A stretch of 64,000 nt of DNA from Trueperaceae bacterium (GCA_965213925.1 OZ243927.1:4096001-4160000), one strand, 5' to 3'; counted from the first letter of the stretch, positions 19,440 through 35,004 are shown. Numbers and translations: made by a program. Notes: generated by a model not told the origin, from the sequence alone.

Positions 19440-22400
19440 TCAGGTCGCCTGGACGGTGTCGCGAGAGGCGCTCTCTTTAAGCGGTACGTTCACCCTGAGC
19501 GTCGTACCCTCGCCCGGCTCCGAATGCACCTCTAAGTTGCCCGCTAAGAGCCCGACGACTTGCTCCTCTAAACCGACCAAGCCGAAGTGCCGGTCGCGAG
19601 CGAACAAGCTGAGACGCTCGGGCACCTCGAAACCCGCGCCGTCATCGGAAACGCTCAGCGCCGCGTGCGTTTGCTCGGTGCTGAGTGTGATGCAGACCTC
19701 GCTGGCGTCGGCGTGTTTAAGCGTATTGCGCAGCGCCTCTTGCACCACGCGGAAAAGGATTTGCGCGACGACGAGGGGCAAGCGCTGTTTGAGCGAGATG
19801 TCGAGCGAGATATCGGGACCTTTCGGGCTCGCCTCCTCGACCTGCTTGGCGTAGATTTCCAGGGTGTTTTTAAGCCCTAGCTCCTCCAACCCGGGCGTGC
19901 GCAGCTCGCCGATGGTGTGGCGCAAGCGGCTCACGAGCCGCAGCACGCCGTCGCGGTGCACCTGTATCTCGTCCGCGAACGCCGCGTCTTTGCCGCGCTT
20001 CGAGAGCGCCAAGCCCTGCGCGATGCCGATGAGTTCTTGGATGGCGTCGTCGTGGAGGTCGCGGGCTAAAGCGATGCGCTCCTCTTCGCGGATTTCGCCC
20101 AGCTTGCGGCGCACGGTGGCGAGTTCTTCCTCGACGCGCCGCCGCTCGGTCACGTCCTCCAAGATGAGCAGCGCGTGCCCTTCGCCGCCGAACTCGATGA
20201 TCTCTAATGAAGCGTGTAAAAAGCGCTCGCCGCCGTTCTTCTTGTCGATCGTCAGCTCTAAGAGCCGCGCTTTTTGTTGCGCCTCGAGCATCTTTTTGAG
20301 CGACGCGGGCGCGGCTTCGTCTTGCCAGATATCTAGCTCGAAGATGGACGCTTCCATCAGCTCGCCCCGCGCGTAGCCCAAGACCGCCTCGCACTGCGCG
20401 TTCACGTCGGTGACGACGCCTCTGTCCAAGATGAGCAAACATGTCGCGCTCGACCCCTGCTCGAAGACCGCTCGGAAACGCTCCTCGGAGGCGCGGAGTT
20501 CGTCCTCCGCCTCTTTGCGCGCCGTCGTGTCGCGCACCATCGCCAAGCCGCCGACTATACCGCCCGCGTCGTCGTGGAGCGGCGCGTAATTCGCGGAGAA
20601 AAACCCCTCTTGCCCCGTCGCCAAGACGGTGTAGGGCTGGTCTTGCGTCCTGGGGCGCTCACCCGCCAAGGTCGCGCGCTGCACATCCATCTCGCCTATC
20701 TCTTCTAAAAAGGGAAAGACCTCGTGCGCCTTTTCGCCGAGGACACCTGCCGCCGCCATCCCCGTCATACGCTCCATGCCGGGGTTCCAGACCGTGTAGC
20801 GGTGTTCAAAGTCGAAGGCGAGAACGCCGTCCACGCTGCTGCTGATGAGTTGCTCGGTGAACTCTTTTTCGCGCTGCAAGGCGAGTTCAGCCTCTTTGCG
20901 CTCGGTGATAGGCAGGGCGGTGCCGATAATCCTATAGACCTTGCCTGCGGCGTCCGCCACCGGGTTAAGGGTAACGAACCACCACATGTCTTCGTCGGTC
21001 AGAGAGACGTTGGTTTCAAACTCGAGCCGCTGGTTCGTCTCGGCGCACGTTCGGTGCTTGCGCTTATGCCGCTCTAGCGTCCCGATAGGCGAACGCTTGA
21101 GAAGTTCTTCTAAAGTTTTACCCTCGACATCGCTCGCGCCCACCCCCGCGAAGCGCTCAAAAGCAGGGTTGACGTCCATATAGGTCATCGTTTCGGCGTC
21201 CATCACGTAGACCGCCAGGCTGACCTCGTTATAGATACTCTGCAAGAACGCGCGCTGCTCCCTGAGTTGCGTGTTCGCGGTCTGAAGTTCCTCGGTGCGC
21301 TCGGCGACGCGCCTCTCTAGCCCTTCATTCGCCCTCTGCAAGTCGCGCTCGGCGTTGTGACGAATGACCGCCTGAGCTAGCACGTTGGCGACGGCTCGGA
21401 CGAAGGTCACGTCGTCTTGGGAAAAGACGCGCTGCGTTTTGGTGTGCACGCCTAGTACGCCGTAAGGTCTCCCTTGCCCCTCGATGATGACGCTGATACC
21501 GCTGACCACGCGATGCTCGCTGAGGAGCGCGGAACCCGAAAAGCGCGTCTCTTCAGCGAACGTTTCAACGACAACGGGTTCTTCCGAATGGAGCGTATAC
21601 CCCGCCTGCGAGTCTAAGTCGTCACTGACTTTCGCAGTGCCCGCGAGCCCCTCGCGCCAGCCGACGCCCGCGCGTAGCAGAAGGGCTCCCTCGCCTGGCA
21701 GGTGCTTTAAGACCTTACAGAAGTCCGCGTCCAAGGTCTCGGCGACGCGCGTTGCGGCGCTGTCCATGAGCACCTGCGCGTCTACGCCCGCTAGCGCCTG
21801 CTGTCCGAGCCTCGCGACGACGTCTTGCTGCTGGGCGCGGCGCTCGGCTTGGCGCTGCGCCGCCTCCAACTCGGTCACGTCGAAGAGCGTCACCACCACG
21901 CCGTCGATGCGGTTGTCGACGGTGCGGTACGGCAGGAGCTTGACGATGTAAAACGCGCCGTCCTTGCTCTCTAGCTCGAGTTCTTGCGCGTGGAGCGTCT
22001 CTAAAACCTCGGTTACGTCTTCCTCCAAGGTGTTGTATCTGAGGTTGTGCGACACGTGACCAAAAGGTCTGCCGACATCCTCGGAGATGAGGTTAAAGAC
22101 CTCTGTCGCACGCGGCGTGTAGCGCTTGAGACGCAGGTTGCTGTCCAGAAAGAGCGTGCCGATGTCGGTGCTGGCGATCAAGTTTTCCAGGTCGCTGTTC
22201 GACTGGTTGAGTTCTTCTATCTTGTTGCGCAGTTCCTGGTTGACCGTGACCAGCTCTTCGTTGGTGGACTGAAGCTCCTCGCGCGAGGTCTCTAGCTCCT
22301 CGGCGGTGGACTTCGTCTCCTCGTTCATCGACTGCAGCTCCTCGTTCGAGGCGCGCAGCTCCTCGTTGGAGGTCTCCAACTCTTCGATAGTGGTCTGCAG

Positions 22401-24347
22401 CGACTCGCGGGTGCTCCTCAGTTCGTCCTCTAACTGACGGGCGAGTTCGCCCTGCGCCTCACCGGTGTTCGTGCTGGTTACGTCGGCAAGTTCGCTGGGG
22501 GCTCGCTCTTCTAATACGATAATCGCAAAGCGCGTCTCATCCTCTAGCGGGCGTACGGTGAGGCTGAGCGTCAGTGTATCGCCCTCATCTTGAAAGGAGA
22601 CGCGCTTGTCCTCGGTGATTTTATCTCGGCGAAAAAGGCGGTAGAGCGCGCTGCGCAGCTCGAGGCTCAAGTTGCCCCGCGCGAGCTGCACGACGTTTTG
22701 CGTCGGCTCCCCCTCGGGCTGCTCCAGATACTTGCCCGTGCGCCCCGAGGTGTAGGCAATGTCATGGGCGTCGTTGACGACGATATAGGTAGGCGCGTAG
22801 TGCTTTAAGACAAAGCGCTTGGCGAGGCTGCCGGGGTCGTCCTCTTTCTTGTCTTTGGATTCGGACGTATCCTTCGTCGGCAGCGTAAAGGGGTAGCTCG
22901 CTTGCGCCTGCGCCGCATCTCGGCGCACGAAGAGCTTCGCCTTACGGTCCACCTCGCCAAAGAGGTTGGACGCTTTGCCGAGCGACTCGGACGCGCCCAA
23001 AAAGAGGTAGCCGTTCTCTTTGAGCGCGTAGTGAAAGAGGTTGAACACGCGCTCTTGGAGTGGATTGTCCAGGTAGATGAGCAGGTTGCGGCAGGTGACG
23101 AGGTCAAGCCGGGAAAAGGGCGGGTCTTTGATGAGGTTGTGCGCGGTGAAGAGCACGTTTTCACGTAAGTCCTGGTTGACGCGGTAGTGGTCGCCTTCGG
23201 AGGTGAAAAAGCGCTTCAAGCGCTCTTTCGATACGTCCGTGGCGACCGAGTTAGGGTAGACGCCGCGCCGCGCGAATTCGAGTGCGCGCTCGTCGATATC
23301 CGAGGCGAACACCTGCAGCGTTTTGCGTTTCGGCTGCCGCGCGTTCGCCTCACTAAGGAGCATGGCCACCGAATACGCCTCCTCGCCCGTCGCGCAGCCC
23401 GTGACCCACACGCGCACACTCTCCCCCTCGCCCCCAAAGAGCTTGGGGATGATGCGGCGCTCGAACGTCTCGAACGCCTGCTTGTCCCGGAAAAAGTTCG
23501 TCACGCTGATTAAGAGTTCGCGGAAGAGGTTGTCCACCTCCGCCGAATTGTCGCGCAAGTAGGCTAGGTAGTCGCTCAGCTCACCCAGCTCCAAGACCTG
23601 CAGCCGCCGCCCGATGCGCCGGAAGACCGTGTTGCGCTTGTAGTACGAGAAGTCGTGACCCGTTTTGCTGCGCAGTTGCCCGAAAATTTTCTGCAGGGTC
23701 TCCGAATCGTCTTCGGGCAGCTTGCTCTCGCCGTCGGGTAGGTCCAGCGTCTCGGCGTGGCTTTTAACCTGAACGAGCTTGCCTGGTATCTGCGCGACGT
23801 CCAAGACAAAGTCCACGAGCCCCGTCGCCGCTGCGCTGCGGGGCATCCCGTCGTATTCGGCGTCCTCTTCGCGCTGTGCGAAGGTGAGCCCGCCCTTTTC
23901 CTTGATAGCTTTGAGCCCCTGCGTGCCGTCGGTGCCCGTACCCGACAAAATGACGCAGACCGCATTCGCACCCTGGTCTTCGGCTAAGGAGCGGAAGAAG
24001 AGGTCGATCATCGCGTGTGAACCGCGCTGTTCGCGCTCCGAGAGGCGAAGTTTGCCGCCGCTGATCTCCAGGTGCTTGTTCGGCGGGATGATGTAGACGC
24101 AGTTCGGCTCGACTTTGGGGCTGTCCTCGACTTGCGTGACCGGCATTGAGGTGTGGTTTTGGAGGAGTCCAGCCAACTCGCTGCGGTGGTTGGGGTCTAA
24201 GTGCTGCACCAACACGAACGCCATGCCGCTCTCCGCGTCTAAGTTCTTAAAAAACGTCTCGAACGCCTTTAAGCCGCCCGCCGACGCGCCGATGCCGACG
24301 ATAGGAAAGGTGTTTTGCGCGTTCGAATTCTCAGATGGTTTAGCCAT
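19440..24347 (-). CDS. CheB-CheR-coiled coil-PAS/GAF hybrid sensor histidine kinase (HisKA_3 type)
   Basis: GASAGG, QH and GTGTDG (CheB); [10 protein letters not shown] and CRNLLIY (CheR); EELQS repeats; PAS/GAF; ARDLHD, EALRN..KH and DDGAG. Confidence 0.9.
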   Translation of the reverse strand: MAKPSENSNAQNTFPIVGIGASAGGLKAFETFFKNLDAESGMAFVLVQHLDPNHRSELAGLLQNHTSMPVTQVEDSPKVEPNCVYIIPPNKHLEISGGKLRLSEREQRGSHAMIDLFFRSLAEDQGANAVCVILSGTGTDGTQGLKAIKEKGGLTFAQREEDAEYDGMPRSAAATGLVDFVLDVAQIPGKLVQVKSHAETLDLPDGESKLPEDDSETLQKIFGQLRSKTGHDFSYYKRNTVFRRIGRRLQVLELGELSDYLAYLRDNSAEVDNLFRELLISVTNFFRDKQAFETFERRIIPKLFGGEGESVRVWVTGCATGEEAYSVAMLLSEANARQPKRKTLQVFASDIDERALEFARRGVYPNSVATDVSKERLKRFFTSEGDHYRVNQDLRENVLFTAHNLIKDPPFSRLDLVTCRNLLIYLDNPLQERVFNLFHYALKENGYLFLGASESLGKASNLFGEVDRKAKLFVRRDAAQAQASYPFTLPTKDTSESKDKKEDDPGSLAKRFVLKHYAPTYIVVNDAHDIAYTSGRTGKYLEQPEGEPTQNVVQLARGNLSLELRSALYRLFRRDKITEDKRVSFQDEGDTLTLSLTVRPLEDETRFAIIVLEERAPSELADVTSTNTGEAQGELARQLEDELRSTRESLQTTIEELETSNEELRASNEELQSMNEETKSTAEELETSREELQSTNEELVTVNQELRNKIEELNQSNSDLENLIASTDIGTLFLDSNLRLKRYTPRATEVFNLISEDVGRPFGHVSHNLRYNTLEEDVTEVLETLHAQELELESKDGAFYIVKLLPYRTVDNRIDGVVVTLFDVTELEAAQRQAERRAQQQDVVARLGQQALAGVDAQVLMDSAATRVAETLDADFCKVLKHLPGEGALLLRAGVGWREGLAGTAKVSDDLDSQAGYTLHSEEPVVVETFAEETRFSGSALLSEHRVVSGISVIIEGQGRPYGVLGVHTKTQRVFSQDDVTFVRAVANVLAQAVIRHNAERDLQRANEGLERRVAERTEELQTANTQLREQRAFLQSIYNEVSLAVYVMDAETMTYMDVNPAFERFAGVGASDVEGKTLEELLKRSPIGTLERHKRKHRTCAETNQRLEFETNVSLTDEDMWWFVTLNPVADAAGKVYRIIGTALPITERKEAELALQREKEFTEQLISSSVDGVLAFDFEHRYTVWNPGMERMTGMAAAGVLGEKAHEVFPFLEEIGEMDVQRATLAGERPRTQDQPYTVLATGQEGFFSANYAPLHDDAGGIVGGLAMVRDTTARKEAEDELRASEERFRAVFEQGSSATCLLILDRGVVTDVNAQCEAVLGYARGELMEASIFELDIWQDEAAPASLKKMLEAQQKARLLELTIDKKNGGERFLHASLEIIEFGGEGHALLILEDVTERRRVEEELATVRRKLGEIREEERIALARDLHDDAIQELIGIAQGLALSKRGKDAAFADEIQVHRDGVLRLVSRLRHTIGELRTPGLEELGLKNTLEIYAKQVEEASPKGPDISLDISLKQRLPLVVAQILFRVVQEALRNTLKHADASEVCITLSTEQTHAALSVSDDGAGFEVPERLSLFARDRHFGLVGLEEQVVGLLAGNLEVHSEPGEGTTLRVNVPLKESASRDTVQAT

Positions 24348-24485
24348 GTCGTGGAGCCTCACTCTTGCGGGTCATTGGGTGCACGTTGGGCAAGGTTGCA
24401 ATAACGTACTTTAACGTATTTTGCTCATAAAACCCCTTTGTGAGAACTACACTCAGGGCTCAGCGAACGTTCGAAAGCGTATGTA

Positions 24486-24502
24486 AATTTTGTCACAAAA
24501 TT
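24486..24502. promoter_or_regulatory. perfect AT-rich palindrome, candidate operator
   Basis: AATTTTGT-C-ACAAAATT in the divergent cheBR/sucA intergenic region. Confidence 0.4.
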
Positions 24503-24514
24503 AAATCTGAACCG

Positions 24515-24662
24515 ACACACAACGCTTTCAGGACGGCGTCCTCGGACGAAACCTCTTTCGCTAAGCGGGTCGCCTTCAAAACGGTGCGAGTTACAATTCC
24601 GGGTCCTGATTGACCGAAGGCGCGGTAGCCCAGGGTGCAGCCGTAGGAGGCTGCGTGTTGTA
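24515..24662 (+). ncRNA. candidate rod-like structured RNA (unassigned)
   Basis: Manual pairing gives nested helices with G-U pairs on the + strand; no convincing ORF. Confidence 0.25.
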
Positions 24663-24784
24663 CACTGCTGAGAACACCAAACGTTGCGTATTCCGCCTCT
24701 TCACATTTCGTCTCTTCACTGTGAAAAAGACTCGAGCTTACCAGAATCACCGTCCCATAAGCCGCAAAAGTTCGGATAACGTGT

Positions 24785-24885
24785 AAAACATACCGAGATG
24801 AAGTGTCGCAGGTATCATCTTTATAATGTGCATGTCAACTGATGTTCTTCTGACTGGTGGTGTTTGTGACCAGATGATACCTGCT
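24785..24885 (-). mobile_element. MITE-like element, family A, diverged copy
   Basis: Reverse complement AGCAGGTATCATCTGGT...GCACATT...GATGATACCTGCG...TCTCGGTATGTTTT. Confidence 0.5.
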
Positions 24886-25049
24886 GGGGTGTAATATTTC
24901 ACTTTTACCCCTCTTTATATCGATCAGTATCTTGCTAGGATGTTCAAAATGTCTCGAGACCGTTTGGGGCGCGGTTTCGGGTTTCTACGTAGCCTCGAGA
25001 GGATGGCAGCCAGACCCTGCTATGCGTGAACCAGTATGAGTGAACCAGC

Positions 25050-27863
<2,814 letters not shown>

Positions 27864-27965
27864 GTGATTAGGCGAAATTCAGTGTAGAGGTAACGTCGCT
27901 CTGAAAGGGCGGCGTTACCTCTTTTGGTATAGAATGACGACATTTCACGCAGCAGGGAGATTCTC

Positions 27966-29384
27966 ATGGCAGTAGAACTCAAAGTTCCCGAAGTCGGCGA
28001 GTCGATTACCGAAGTCTTTATCGGCGAGTGGCTCAAGTCCGAGGGCGACACGGTTGAAAAGGATGAAGCATTAGTTGAAGTCGAGACCGATAAAGCGACG
28101 CTCGAGGTGCCCGCCTCAGTCGGTGGCACACTTACTAAAGTCTTGAAGCAGCAGGGCGACACCGCCGAAGTCGGCGAGGTCATCGCGCACATTTCTGAAG
28201 AGGGTGCCGAAGAGGGCGAGGACGCGGATTCAGGTTCGGATGACGCGCAAGCGGCTGAAGAGGACTCAGGTGAAGACGCTGAACAAGCGGAAGCGTCGGA
28301 TTCAGATGAGCCCGAAGCCTCCGAGGTCGCTGACCAAGACGACGAAGCGGGCGTGAGCCCCGAGCAAGACGCCGAAGAGGGCGAGCCCGAAAAGCGCGGT
28401 TACGAATCGGACGAGGAAGCTGATTCGGGGGACGAACAGCCTCGCATCATGCCCGCCGCAAGACGCCTTTTAGAAGAGAACGGCGTCAGCGCCGAAGAGG
28501 TCGAGGGAACGGGTCCGGGCGGACGCCTGCTCAAAGAGGACGTGCAGAAGTATCTGGACAAACAGGGCGACCAAGGTTCCAAGCAGGAACAAGAGGGTCA
28601 GCAGAAGGAAACGCAGAAGAGCCAGCAGAAAGAGGCTCCTAAGCAGGAGAAGCAAGAAGCTCCCGCCCAGTCCACCGGCGAGCGCGAAGAAGAAGCCGTC
28701 GCCATGAGCCCCCTGCGCCGCCGCATCGCCGAGCGCTTGGTCGAGGCGCAGCAGAACGCCGCGCTTTTAACGACCTTCAACGAGATCGACATGAGCGAAG
28801 TGATGGCGCTGCGGAGTGAATACAAAGAAGCCTTCACCGAGCGTTACGAGGGCGTGCGCTTAGGCTTCATGTCCTTCTTCGTCAAAGCGGTCATCGACGC
28901 CTTGAAGCAGTTCCCGCAGCTCAACGCCGAAATTCAGGGTACCGACATTATCTACAAGAACTACTACGACATCGGCGTGGCGGTCTCCTCGAAAAAAGGG
29001 CTGCTCGTACCCATCGTTCGCAACGCGGACCGCATGAGCTTTGCCGAGTTGGAGGGGACCATCAGCGACTTCGGCAAACGCGCCCAGAACAACAGAATTT
29101 CGCCCGAAGAGTTGCAAGGCGGCACCTTCACCATCTCGAACGGCGGCGTGTTCGGCTCGCTGATGTCCACACCCATTGTCAACCCGCCACAGTCGGGCGT
29201 GCTGGGAATGCACTCCATTCAGCAGCGCCCCGTGGCAGTGGACGGTCAAGTGGTGATTAAGCCCATGATGTACATTGCGCTGACCTATGACCACCGGATT
29301 GTGGATGGGCGTGAGGCGGTGACGTTTTTGCGAAGAGTGAAAGAGGCGGTGGAGCGTCCGGCGCGGATGTTATTGGAGGTTTGA
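27966..29384 (+). CDS. sucB: dihydrolipoamide succinyltransferase E2
   Basis: Lipoyl ETDKA, E3-binding GTGPGGR, catalytic YDHRIVDG. Confidence 0.97.
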   Translation: MAVELKVPEVGESITEVFIGEWLKSEGDTVEKDEALVEVETDKATLEVPASVGGTLTKVLKQQGDTAEVGEVIAHISEEGAEEGEDADSGSDDAQAAEEDSGEDAEQAEASDSDEPEASEVADQDDEAGVSPEQDAEEGEPEKRGYESDEEADSGDEQPRIMPAARRLLEENGVSAEEVEGTGPGGRLLKEDVQKYLDKQGDQGSKQEQEGQQKETQKSQQKEAPKQEKQEAPAQSTGEREEEAVAMSPLRRRIAERLVEAQQNAALLTTFNEIDMSEVMALRSEYKEAFTERYEGVRLGFMSFFVKAVIDALKQFPQLNAEIQGTDIIYKNYYDIGVAVSSKKGLLVPIVRNADRMSFAELEGTISDFGKRAQNNRISPEELQGGTFTISNGGVFGSLMSTPIVNPPQSGVLGMHSIQQRPVAVDGQVVIKPMMYIALTYDHRIVDGREAVTFLRRVKEAVERPARMLLEV

Positions 29385-29648
29385 GGTAGAAGAGGTTGAT
29401 GGAGGGGTAAGTTTTAGGCTTGCCCCTTTTTGCATTGGTGCTCAAAAACAAAAAATAGCATTACTGTTTAGAAACTAGGCTTGACATATTTGAGGTAAAT
29501 CTCACATCGTATTTGGTTCGTTAGAGATAAACTTCACATCAATGTAATTGTGATTTGATTGGTCAATTTGTGAGATTGGGCAGTAGTTGCTTCGTAGCTA
29601 CTCATTATCTTTCGTCTTAATTCAACGCTGTACTTAACAAGGTTGTTA

Positions 29649-30671
29649 ATGATCAAAGAAGATGTAATCCAAGAATTATTAAGAACTAAAGATGAACACC
29701 TTTTTCATAGAGAAGGACAGGAACTCGAGTTCAAAGAACAATTTAACTTGTCAGGTTTAGCAGATTATTTCCGCGATTTTGCAGCATTCTCAAACAATAA
29801 AGGCGGTTATTTAATATTTGGTGTAACAGACTCGCCCCGGACTCCTCAAGGTCTTAGTGAATCTTCGCTAAAACAGTTCAACAAGGTCGATCCAGAGAAA
29901 ATAAGCGGTTATTTACTCGAGATTTTCTCTGCCAATATCTCTTGGGAACAAGCGACTATCGCTCTAAATTCTAAATCTTTTGGTGTGTTCAGGATTTATG
30001 AAGCAGCTATGAAGCCAGTTATCGCAAAGAAGGATGAAGGTAAAGATCAAACAATTAAGAGTGGCGAAATTTACTACCGCTACGGAGGTAGAACGCAGAA
30101 AATACGTTACGCTGAACTCGAAAGCATCATAGATCGTAGAGTTGAGCAAAATAACAAAGAATGGCTGGATTTGATGGCGAAAATTGGAAAGGCAGGTCCG
30201 CAAAACGCTGCTATTCTGGATACCAAAAAGGCATTAATTGAAAAAGATGAATCTCAGGTCTTAGTCCTTGACGAAGACTTGGCTCAAAAGCTCAAGTTTG
30301 TCAAAGAAGGTCAGTTTATCGAAAAAGACGGAGCGCCTACTCTCAAACTTGTTGGAGATGTTGTACCGATCGATAACATCGAAGTAATCAAAAAAGTTAA
30401 AGAAAATCTGCTGAAAAATTATCCATTTTCAGCTATGGAACTTGTAGAAGAAGTCAAAAAAGTGCTTCCCAGTGCCAGTCAAAACGACATTTGGCGAACC
30501 ATAAAAGAAAATGACCTGAAAAGCAATCCTGATTATTCGGTGTATAACTTTAGAAACAAAAGGCAAGAGGATAACTTTAAGGCGACGGGTACAATTCCAT
30601 CAGTTACTCCTAGTATTTTCAACGTTAAGGCTATTGATTTTATTGTAAATGTCCTGCGATCAAGTTCTTAA
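29649..30671 (+). CDS. Schlafen/AlbA_2-domain protein with an uncharacterised C-terminal domain; low GC
   Basis: REGQELEFKE, FAAFSNNKGGYLIFGV and YYRYGGRT AlbA_2 motifs; visibly AT-rich compared with the flanks. Confidence 0.85.
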   Translation: MIKEDVIQELLRTKDEHLFHREGQELEFKEQFNLSGLADYFRDFAAFSNNKGGYLIFGVTDSPRTPQGLSESSLKQFNKVDPEKISGYLLEIFSANISWEQATIALNSKSFGVFRIYEAAMKPVIAKKDEGKDQTIKSGEIYYRYGGRTQKIRYAELESIIDRRVEQNNKEWLDLMAKIGKAGPQNAAILDTKKALIEKDESQVLVLDEDLAQKLKFVKEGQFIEKDGAPTLKLVGDVVPIDNIEVIKKVKENLLKNYPFSAMELVEEVKKVLPSASQNDIWRTIKENDLKSNPDYSVYNFRNKRQEDNFKATGTIPSVTPSIFNVKAIDFIVNVLRSSS

Positions 30672-30723
30672 CAGTTTTTCCAAAGCAAAGCTAAAGCTGT
30701 AACCGAAGGAAAGGAGATAGAGG

Positions 30724-30918
30724 ATGAAAAAGTTTCCTCCCGGTTGGGATAAAACTAAAATAGAGCGCGCAATCGATCACTACGAAGCGCAGAGCGAAGA
30801 TGAAGCCGTTAGCGAAGACGAGGCTGCTTTTGCGAACGAGGAAACTCTCGTGCAGGTTCCTTTAGCACTCGTTGCAGATGTTAGGGCTTTGATTGCCAAG
30901 CAAAAAGCGAAGCACTGA
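30724..30918 (+). CDS. small acidic hypothetical protein, antitoxin-like
   Basis: 64 aa, FPPGWD...HYE.QSEDEAV..DE...VP..LV; strong RBS AAGGAG. Confidence 0.6.
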   Translation: MKKFPPGWDKTKIERAIDHYEAQSEDEAVSEDEAAFANEETLVQVPLALVADVRALIAKQKAKH

Positions 30919-30997
30919 GGAGAGTCGAGCCACCCCCAACCTCTCACCCGTAGGCATCCACGTAGTCTCGAGCCCTTAATCACGCTATACTCTCCCC

Positions 30998-31696
30998 ATG
31001 TTCGAACTTATCCCAGCCGTAGACATCCAAAAAGGACGGGCGGTGAGGCTTTTCGAGGGCAAGTCTGACCAGGAAACCGTCTATTTCGAAAGCCCCGTCG
31101 AAGCCGCGCAGTACTGGGCGGGCAAGGGCGCGACCTGGCTTCACGTCGTCGATTTAGACGCCGCTTTCGGCACAGGCGACAACCGCGAGCTAGTGCGTGA
31201 AATTGCCAACACGACCAAGTGCAAAGTCGAGGTGGGAGGCGGCATCCGTGACGTAGAAACAGCGCGGAAATGGTTAGATATCGCTGACCGCGTCATTATT
31301 GGTACCTCCGCTATCGACCACCCGGAGATGCTGGACGAGCTCGTCGCTGACTACGAGCCAGGTCGCGTCGCCGTCTCCATTGACGCGAAAAATGGACAGG
31401 TGGCGGTCAAAGGCTGGACCGAGATTACGGACTTGGCAGCGCGGGAACTCGCCCGCCGCGTCGCGGCGCAGGGCATCGAGCACGTGATTTACACGGATAT
31501 TTCAAGGGACGGCACCATGAAAGGCATCGACCCTGAACCTGTCAGCTTGATGCGCCAATCCTTCCCCCACACGCTCGTGGCGGGCGGCGGCGTCGCAAGC
31601 GACAAAGATTTAGAGCTTTACGAGAGTTTGGACCTCAACGGCGCGATTGTGGGTACGGCGCTTTATGAGGGGAAAATCAGTTATCCGAGGGACTAA
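30998..31696 (+). CDS. hisA: ProFAR isomerase
   Basis: IPAVDI, HVVDLDAA, VGGGIR and TDISRDGT motifs. Confidence 0.93.
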   Translation: MFELIPAVDIQKGRAVRLFEGKSDQETVYFESPVEAAQYWAGKGATWLHVVDLDAAFGTGDNRELVREIANTTKCKVEVGGGIRDVETARKWLDIADRVIIGTSAIDHPEMLDELVADYEPGRVAVSIDAKNGQVAVKGWTEITDLAARELARRVAAQGIEHVIYTDISRDGTMKGIDPEPVSLMRQSFPHTLVAGGGVASDKDLELYESLDLNGAIVGTALYEGKISYPRD

Positions 31697-31700
31697 ATGC

Positions 31701-31820
31701 AGCAATGAGGAACCCAGTCGAGCTGGGCGAACGGCGAGCAATCCAGTCGAGCTGGACGAACGGTAAGCAAAGAGTGAAAATCTTCTCAACTCGTTGCTCA
31801 TTGCTTTTCACTCATTGCTT
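31701..31820. repeat. inverted heptamer element (GCAATGA/TCATTGC) with an internal tandem duplication
   Basis: GCAATGAG...CCAGTCGAGCTGG twice...CTCGTTGCTCATTGC...CTCATTGC between convergent genes. Confidence 0.65.
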
Positions 31821-31839
31821 CGATAAACAAAGCTGTGAT

Positions 31840-33285
31840 TCAGCTAAGACTAATTTGTACCCCAAATATATCCTTCAGCACCGTCTTCGCCGCGTTATAT
31901 CCGCCCATCCCGTGAACCCCGCCCGAAGGCGGCGTGCTCGCGGAGCAGAGGTACACACCCTTTAACCCTGTGCGGTAAGGAAGTAAACGCGGCGCGGGTC
32001 TCGCGACGAGTTGCCACAAGCTCGCCGCGCCGCCGTTGATGTCGCCGCCGACGTAGTTGGGGTTGTAGCGCTCCATGTCGGGGGCGCTCATGGCGTGCTT
32101 GGCTAAGACGCGCTCTTTGAAACCAGGGGCGAAACGCTCCAACTGCGCCTCGATTTTTTCGGTCATGTCACCTTCAAAGCCGTTCGGCACGTGACAATAC
32201 GCCCACAAAGTCTCTTTGCCCCCCGGCGCTCTCGTTTCGTCGAAGGGGCTATGCTGCGCGACGAGAACGTACGGATTTGTCGGCGGCTTGCCGCGCCCGA
32301 CCTCGCGCTCGGACTCAGCGATCTCTTCGAAGGTTCCGCCTAAGTGGACGGTGCTCGCCCGCAAACACGCCTCCTCTTTCCAGGGAACCGGGCCGTCTAG
32401 CGCGTAATCTAACTTGAAAATCCCTGCGCCGAGGCGGTAGCGCTCCAACCAACCTCTATACTGTGACGGAAATTCGTCCCCAGCAACTTTCAAAAGCTGC
32501 TTCGCCGAGAGGTCGAAAATCACCGCTTTCGCTTCGGGTACATCTTTAAGTGAGTTGACCTTGACGCCCGTATGCACCTCGCCGCCGAGCGAGCAGAAGA
32601 GGCTCGTTAGCGCCTCCGCTAAGGACGCCGCGCCGCCTTTGGGGAAGGGCCAGCCGACGGTGTGAGCGAGCATGGAAAAAACTAGACCAATCGCGGAGGT
32701 GGCGGGCGACTCGAGCGGCAAAATCGCGTGCGCCGCCGCGCCTGCAAAGAGCGCTTTGGTGCGCTCTTCTCGAAACAACTTACTGAGGAGCGTCGCAGGG
32801 GGCAACGCTCGCACGCCGAACCGCGCTAAGACGATAGGATGATCTGGAATACGCACCAGCGGACCCATAAAGTCGCTCATGAGCTTGTCCCAGTCGCGCA
32901 CGAGCGGGCGCAAAAGGGCGTCATAAACTTCGGCGTCTACGCCGAGCCCTGCTTTGGTCGCTTCGAAGGAGCGCTCGAGCACCCCCACCCCGTCATCCAG
33001 CGGATGCGCCAGCGGCGCGCTGCTATGAACCCAGGTCAGCCCATGTTCGTCAAGAGGCAGCGTGCGAAAAAAGGGTGAGCCGACGCCGAAGGGGTGAATT
33101 GCCGAGCCCGTGTCGTGCCTAAAACCGGGCAGCGTCAGTTCTTCGGTGCGCATCCCGCCGCCCGTTTTGTCTTTCGCTTCTAAGAGCGCAACTTTGAGAC
33201 CCTGCTGCGCGAGGGCAATAGCAGCGGCGAGCCCGTTAGGACCGGAGCCGACGACCACTACATCTTTGGGGGCGTCGTAGGACAT
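31840..33285 (-). CDS. phytoene dehydrogenase-like NAD(P)/FAD oxidoreductase
   Basis: VVGSGPNGL, NPNYVGGDI.GG and STPPSGGVHGMGG motifs. Confidence 0.85.
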   Translation of the reverse strand: MSYDAPKDVVVVGSGPNGLAAAIALAQQGLKVALLEAKDKTGGGMRTEELTLPGFRHDTGSAIHPFGVGSPFFRTLPLDEHGLTWVHSSAPLAHPLDDGVGVLERSFEATKAGLGVDAEVYDALLRPLVRDWDKLMSDFMGPLVRIPDHPIVLARFGVRALPPATLLSKLFREERTKALFAGAAAHAILPLESPATSAIGLVFSMLAHTVGWPFPKGGAASLAEALTSLFCSLGGEVHTGVKVNSLKDVPEAKAVIFDLSAKQLLKVAGDEFPSQYRGWLERYRLGAGIFKLDYALDGPVPWKEEACLRASTVHLGGTFEEIAESEREVGRGKPPTNPYVLVAQHSPFDETRAPGGKETLWAYCHVPNGFEGDMTEKIEAQLERFAPGFKERVLAKHAMSAPDMERYNPNYVGGDINGGAASLWQLVARPAPRLLPYRTGLKGVYLCSASTPPSGGVHGMGGYNAAKTVLKDIFGVQISLS

Positions 33286-33357
33286 GGGGACAGCGTACCG
33301 CAAGTTGTCAGCAAATAACGTCGGGAATGAGCTTACTGGAGCACTTCAGCACAGGTA

Positions 33358-33403
33358 ATACCGTTTCAGGGTAATCTCCATAAGAATGACTCGGAAACGG
33401 TAT
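33358..33403. repeat. short inverted-repeat element or hairpin downstream of guaB
   Basis: ATACCGTTTC...GAAACGGTAT 10-bp inverted repeat. Confidence 0.45.
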
Positions 33404-33444
33404 AAGCAGGCCTCCCTCGGCGGTAGAGGGGGTAAGCCGGGACC

Positions 33445-35004
<1,560 letters not shown>

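Noticed and set aside
24530..24552. Hammerhead-like GTCC..GGACGAAAC
   Set aside because: No CUGANGA core upstream, and the stem II loop would be only 2 nt
24590..24620. SRP RNA (minus-strand CAGGACCCGGAA)
   Set aside because: Lacks the GNRA loop followed by the conserved AGCAG of SRP domain IV
31701..31820. CRISPR array
   Set aside because: Only two short direct repeats within a heptamer element; no regular spacers or cas genes
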